Positions 59,142-64,000 of a stretch of DNA of 64,000 nt are shown here, in pieces; the first letter of the stretch is position 1; each line of letters starts with the position of its first letter. The notes under the pieces are model-generated. The model saw only the letters and a list, made by a program, of their open reading frames with translations, had not been told where the DNA came from and made no database searches. Source of the stretch: Halarcobacter sp. (lineage in GTDB: Bacteria > Campylobacterota > Campylobacteria > Campylobacterales > Arcobacteraceae); assembly GCA_048571215.1 (NCBI GenBank), contig CP182352.1, forward strand, positions 576,001 through 640,000. The letters are read 5' to 3'. The translations under genes were made by a program, and so were the position numbers.

Positions 59142-59850
59142 AAAACTATTATCAAAATATTTGAGTGTAAATAAACTTTTGCTGTACCTCTTGGCTTTCT
59201 CAACTTTCTTTTGTGAAAAAGAAAGTAGCAAAGAAACCATCCCGCAGGTTTCGAAGGTGAAACTTCCCTCGTTTATTATTTATTGTTTCTGTTTTGTAAA
59301 ACTCACATAAAAATATGCTCCCAGCATATTTGTTCTGTTCAAACAGTTACAAAACTTTTCCGAAACAATAAATAAACACTCGGCTTCTCAAATGCGGGAA
59401 AGTAGGATAAGGACCTTTTCATTTTTTTATACCATTTTATTTGGATTGGTGTAATACTCAAATACTGAAAGAAAGTTCAAGGCTAGTGCATTTCAGTCCA
59501 GACTTTGTTGAAGCTGGAACTTTTTCTTTTTTTACGGTGAAAAGTGAGGAGTTGTTTGAGCGTAAAAAAAGAGTGACTAACTCACTCTTTTAGCGAGTCC
59601 CACAACGCAGTAAAAAAATAATAAGTGGAAGGTAGCTTTGCCTTTAACAACGCGTCTGGTTGCTTTTTTGCTTCTTTTTTACAACTAAAAAAGATGAAAG
59701 CGAAGAACTTGTTCTTCAAGACAATTGCATACAATAAAAACTATTATCAAAATATTTGAATATAAATGAACTTTTACTATACGTCTTAACTCTATCAACT
59801 TTCTTTTATAAAAAAGAAAGTAGCATACGAACCACCCGCGGGTTTCGAAG
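59142..59850. repeat. Noncoding palindromic element plus a partial second copy
   Basis: About 115-bp imperfect direct repeat (59142-59256 vs 59737-59850); nested inverted segments between them. Confidence 0.65.
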
Positions 59851-59909
59851 ACAGAAGTTTTACGAGCTTTTCATTTATTGAAATTTTTTATAAAAAACCC
59901 ACGAATTTA

Positions 59910-60944
59910 TCAATTCGCAGGTTCTTCTACAATAATATTTTTTTTCTTTACATGCCTTTTTGTAGCAAAAAGGTGTATATTATTAAAGCGTTGTTTTACA
60001 AGTCCCCATAAGCCTTGTGGTGCTTTTATCATAATAATAATTGTAAAGATTCCTAAAATCACTAAGTACCAAGTACCTAAGCTACTCATGGTTTCCCTCA
60101 TTGTTATATAAACTAGTGTTCCAATAATTGGACCCTCTATTGTTCCTATTCCACCTATTACAACTATAAAAAACATAATTGCTGTCCAGTCTATTGAGAA
60201 GGCTGCTTCTGGTGATACTCTTAATTTTGTAATAAAGATTAAAGCTCCTGCCATTCCTGTAACAAAGGCTGCTATTAGATATACTGTTAGTTTAACTTTT
60301 TTTACTTTTATACCTAGACTTTCAGAGGCTACTTCACTATCCCTAACGGCTGTTAGTGAGGTACCATATTTTGAACGAAGCAGATATGCTACAAGTAATA
60401 CAGAACCAACTCCTAGTAAAATAGCAAACCATAGAGTTAAAGACTCTCTCCACCAAGTTGGAATACCCCTCATAGTTTTTGTAATTGATAGTCCAGAACC
60501 ACCACCTAACCATGATACATTAGAAAATAGTAGTCTAAAGGTTTCAGCTAAAACCCAAGTTCCAACTGCAAAGTAAGCCCCTTTTAATCTAAAGGCAACT
60601 TTTGAAACCATAAAGGCAACTATTAGTGAAATTACACCAGCAAGGGGTATAACCATAAAGGGATCCATCCCTAGTTTATAAGCAAAAATAACTAAACAAT
60701 AAGCTCCAATTCCTACAAAAAGTTGTTGTCCAACTGATAATAGACCTCCATATCCAGCCAAAAGATTCCACATTTGTGCCAAAGATAAGATATATAAAAA
60801 CTCTGTAACTTTTCGTATATCAGCTCGTCCCAACCACCAAGGAGTTGATATTAAAAATATTATAAAAAATACTGTGAAGACAGAAAAACCTTTGGTGACT
60901 TTATTCCCTCTTGTTATCTCATATTTGTTTGATAAAGATTCCAT
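59910..60944 (-). CDS. Branched-chain-type ABC permease (LivM-like)
   Basis: WNLLAGYGG.LS.GQ, RLKGAYFA, AVRDSE.A..SLG, IGGIGT..GP. Confidence 0.92.
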   Translation of the reverse strand: MESLSNKYEITRGNKVTKGFSVFTVFFIIFLISTPWWLGRADIRKVTEFLYILSLAQMWNLLAGYGGLLSVGQQLFVGIGAYCLVIFAYKLGMDPFMVIPLAGVISLIVAFMVSKVAFRLKGAYFAVGTWVLAETFRLLFSNVSWLGGGSGLSITKTMRGIPTWWRESLTLWFAILLGVGSVLLVAYLLRSKYGTSLTAVRDSEVASESLGIKVKKVKLTVYLIAAFVTGMAGALIFITKLRVSPEAAFSIDWTAIMFFIVVIGGIGTIEGPIIGTLVYITMRETMSSLGTWYLVILGIFTIIIMIKAPQGLWGLVKQRFNNIHLFATKRHVKKKNIIVEEPAN

Positions 60945-61816
60945 TATTTTTCCTTTGTCTTTGGAAACAATCCATTTGGTTTAAGCATTAAAACTACTAT
61001 AAAAACTATGTGACCAGCTAAGATACCCCAACCTGGGTCTATATTTGAGCCAATAGTTTGTGCAATTCCCAAAATAACTCCACCAACTAATGTTCCCCAA
61101 AAAGAACCAAGACCTCCAATAATCACAACCTCAAAGGCATATAAAAGTTGAAGTGGACCAGCTGAAGGATCAAAATTTGTACGAATAGCCAATAAAACAC
61201 CAGCTATTGCAGTAACACCTAAAGCCAATCCCATAGCCATAGCATATATATGTTTTGTTTTTATCCCCATAAGTTGTGAGGTGATATGATCATCGGATGT
61301 AGCCCTAAAACACATCCCAAGTTTTGTACGATAAAAGATATATTGTAAGGCAAATATAACTGCTATTGCAATTATTATGGTGATTAAAGGGAAAACACCA
61401 ATTGCTATGTTATTACTTAGATTTATACTAGCAACTTCAATTTCTCCTGCATTTAGTCCTCTAAAATCTGCTGAAAAAACTTCAAGAAGCAGATTTTGAA
61501 TAATAATAGACATTCCAAAGGTTACAAGTAAAGCTGGCATTACATCATTTCCCAAAGTTTTATTTAGAACTAACCTTTGTAAAACATATCCAAATAGTGC
61601 CATTAGAGGTACTACTAAAACTATAGTATAAAAAGGGTTTATTTGTAGGGGTTGTACAATTGCATAGGCAAGATAAGCAGCAAGGATTATAAAATCTCCA
61701 TGTGCCATATTGATTATTCTCATCACACCAAATGACAAAGAAAGACCTGTTGCAAAAAGAGCATATAAACCACCAAGCAATAAACCTTGAACAATAACAT
61801 TAATCCATTCAATCAT
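60944..61816 (-). CDS. Branched-chain-type ABC permease (LivH-like)
   Basis: GLLLGGLYAL.A.GLSL.FG..IIN.AHG, IIGGLGS, P.GLF. Confidence 0.92.
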   Translation of the reverse strand: MIEWINVIVQGLLLGGLYALFATGLSLSFGVMRIINMAHGDFIILAAYLAYAIVQPLQINPFYTIVLVVPLMALFGYVLQRLVLNKTLGNDVMPALLVTFGMSIIIQNLLLEVFSADFRGLNAGEIEVASINLSNNIAIGVFPLITIIIAIAVIFALQYIFYRTKLGMCFRATSDDHITSQLMGIKTKHIYAMAMGLALGVTAIAGVLLAIRTNFDPSAGPLQLLYAFEVVIIGGLGSFWGTLVGGVILGIAQTIGSNIDPGWGILAGHIVFIVVLMLKPNGLFPKTKEK

Positions 61817-61818
61817 AA

Positions 61819-62517
61819 CTACACTCCAAAATAAGCTTGTGATATCTCATCACGCGATAATTCATTTGGATTTCCTTGTAAAGAGACTCGTCCTTCTTGA
61901 AAACAATAAACCCTATCTGATACTTTTAGCGCTTGATTAATATCTTGTTCAACTATTACAATAGAAATACCTTGTTTTTTTATCTCTGGAAATATTGCAT
62001 AAATATCTTTTACAATTACAGGTGCTAGTCCTAAAGAGATCTCATCACAAAGTAATACCTTGGGATTTGACATCAAACCTCTTCCTATAGCTACCATTTG
62101 TTGTTGACCACCTGATAGGGCAGTTCCAGGAGATAAGCGACGCTCTTTTAAGATAGGAAAAAGTTCATAGATTTTTTCTAAATTCCATTTACCATCTCGT
62201 TTAGATTCTTTACCTATAAGAAGATTTTCCTCAACTGTTAGACTAGGGAAAAGTTTCCTACCTTCTGGAACCATGGCTATGCCAAGTTTAGCAATATCAT
62301 CTGCTGCTAAGCCACCTATATTTTTTTTATTTAAAACAATAGATTCACTTTCTACACTTATAAGACCTGTAATTGATTTTAAAAAGGTTGATTTACCTGC
62401 TCCATTAGAACCAATAATTGCTACAGTCTCACCTTCATTTAACTTAAAGTCAATACCAAATAGTGCTTGAAAGTCTCCATATTTTGCTATTAGGTTTTTA
62501 CATTCTAAAATACTCAT
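61819..62517 (-). CDS. ABC ATPase (LivF-like)
   Basis: GSNGAGKST, VPEGR, LSGGQQQM, DEISLGLAP. Confidence 0.93.
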   Translation of the reverse strand: MSILECKNLIAKYGDFQALFGIDFKLNEGETVAIIGSNGAGKSTFLKSITGLISVESESIVLNKKNIGGLAADDIAKLGIAMVPEGRKLFPSLTVEENLLIGKESKRDGKWNLEKIYELFPILKERRLSPGTALSGGQQQMVAIGRGLMSNPKVLLCDEISLGLAPVIVKDIYAIFPEIKKQGISIVIVEQDINQALKVSDRVYCFQEGRVSLQGNPNELSRDEISQAYFGV

Positions 62518-63236
62518 TCTACTTCTATCCCCATATATACCTCTTTTACTTCAGGACTATTCATAACCATTTTGGGCTCACCTTGAATAAGCATTTGACC
62601 AAAGTTTATAGCTACTAAACGATCAACTACTGAAAGTAGGGCATGAACAATATGTTCTATCCAGATTATAGAAACACCTTGTTTTCTTATGTTTTGGATT
62701 AGCTCTATTAGTTCATGTACTTCATGTTCAGTAAGACCGCCTGCAATCTCATCAAGAAGTAAAATTTTTGGTTGTGTTGACATTGCTTTTGCAAGCTCCA
62801 ATCTTTTTCTCTCAAGTAAGGATAAGGTTCCTGCTAATGTTTCTGATTTGTCTATTAGTCCTGTTTGTTCTAATACATGTAATGCTAACTGCTCAGCTTC
62901 TTTTTCTGAATGATTATTACCATAAACAGCTCCCACAAATACATTTTCAAATACACTCATTCCCTCAAAAGGGTGGGGAACTTGATATGTTCTCCCAAAG
63001 CCCTCTAAACATCTACTTGAAGCATCTAAAGATAAAATACTCTTGTCATTTAATAAAATATCTCCACTATCTGGTTTCAAATCCCCTGATATAAGGTTGA
63101 AAAGTGTAGTCTTACCCGCACCATTTGGACCTAATATACCTATAGCTTCACCTTCTTTTAGGTCAAATGATAAATTATCTGTGACCTTTAAGGAACCAAA
63201 ACTTTTTGAAACATTTTTTACTGATAATAAACTCAA
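62514..63236 (-). CDS. ABC ATPase (LivG-like)
   Basis: GPNGAGKTT, RTYQ, LLDEIAGGL, IEH. Confidence 0.93.
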   Translation of the reverse strand: MSLLSVKNVSKSFGSLKVTDNLSFDLKEGEAIGILGPNGAGKTTLFNLISGDLKPDSGDILLNDKSILSLDASSRCLEGFGRTYQVPHPFEGMSVFENVFVGAVYGNNHSEKEAEQLALHVLEQTGLIDKSETLAGTLSLLERKRLELAKAMSTQPKILLLDEIAGGLTEHEVHELIELIQNIRKQGVSIIWIEHIVHALLSVVDRLVAINFGQMLIQGEPKMVMNSPEVKEVYMGIEVE

Positions 63237-63270
63237 AAAAACTCCTATTATTTTAATAATTCAAAAGCTT

Positions 63271-64000
63271 TTAATTCTTAATAGCTTTTAGTTTTCCTTG
63301 TACCTTGATATCTTTTGCTTGAGAGTTTTCAACTATAACCAAATCAAGTTTTTTATCTTTTCTTCTCCATTGACCTGAAACTAGTGGTGTTTTACTAATA
63401 TTTGGAACAGGACCTGTTTTGAAGTTTACATGTCCAACTACAGAGGCATAGTCTGTTGAGGCTATGGCATCTCTTATAGCTTCAAGATTACCTGGACCTT
63501 TTGATCTTTTTAATACATCAATTGCAACTTCAAATAAAGCATGTTTAAATCCAAGTGGCATAGTCCATTGTTTATTTGTAGCTTTTGTATAAGCATCTGC
63601 AAGTTGTTGTGATGTTTGTCCTGTTAGACCAGATGTGTATGGGTGAGTTGGAGACCACCATACTTCAACACTTAAGTTATTTGCTCTTTTCCCAAAAGGT
63701 TCAATAGCAATAGGGAACTCACTAGCTTTTGCAACTGTTACGATTTTTGGTTTAAATCCTTGTTGCCCAGCTTGGTTCCAAAAATTTGCAAAATCTGGTG
63801 GTGGAATAACTCCTGTTACTATCTCAACACCTTGTTTTTTAAATTCATATATATATGATGAAAAGTCACTTGATGGAGATTGATATCTTCCTAAATCAAC
63901 GATTTTATAACCTTTTTCTTTTAGAACTGGAGGGAAACCATGCTCTTTATCTCCCCAAGCATTACCATCAGAATCATTTGGAAAAAGAACACCAATCACT
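63271..64000 (-). CDS. ABC substrate-binding protein (Leu/Ile/Val-binding superfamily), 5'-truncated by window edge
   Basis: NDSDG.AW, PPDFANFW.Q..QQGFKPK, EVWWSP.HP, PLVSGQW; upstream of the Liv-like genes. Confidence 0.85.
   Translation of the reverse strand, partial: VIGVLFPNDSDGNAWGDKEHGFPPVLKEKGYKIVDLGRYQSPSSDFSSYIYEFKKQGVEIVTGVIPPPDFANFWNQAGQQGFKPKIVTVAKASEFPIAIEPFGKRANNLSVEVWWSPTHPYTSGLTGQTSQQLADAYTKATNKQWTMPLGFKHALFEVAIDVLKRSKGPGNLEAIRDAIASTDYASVVGHVNFKTGPVPNISKTPLVSGQWRRKDKKLDLVIVENSQAKDIKVQGKLKAIKN

Noticed and set aside
58884..59310. Integron integrase remnant, or ORFs 58965-59240 and 59113-59310
   Set aside because: No tyrosine-recombinase motifs; the ORFs overlap the noncoding repeat element.

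Overview
AT-rich bacterial chromosome segment. The gene style (many AHQWRQPL histidine kinases, low GC) suggests Arcobacteraceae/Campylobacterota, which is an inference. In order: (1) the 3' part of a giant LapA-like adhesin with about 10 apparently identical 486-bp repeats and a vWA domain, followed by its type I secretion/Lap locus, in which LapG has lost its catalytic Cys and His; (2) a TetR-NodT-EmrAB efflux unit; (3) a paeninodin-type lasso peptide cluster with RRE, decayed B2 peptidase, HPr-like kinase, an uncalled 39-aa precursor, an SGNH hydrolase, a frameshifted second precursor and a cyclase; (4) two-component and housekeeping genes; (5) a Fur-box-flanked ferrosome-like (FezB P1B-6 ATPase) cluster plus mntP; (6) a dmpKLMNOP phenol hydroxylase operon with a divergent two-component system and a promoter motif shared by three local genes; (7) two integron gene cassettes without an integrase (HNH; COG2958+MNT-HEPN), one attC split by a decayed IS1182; (8) a long palindromic noncoding element and a Liv-type ABC transporter. 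All calls come from reading motifs by eye; no database search was run.
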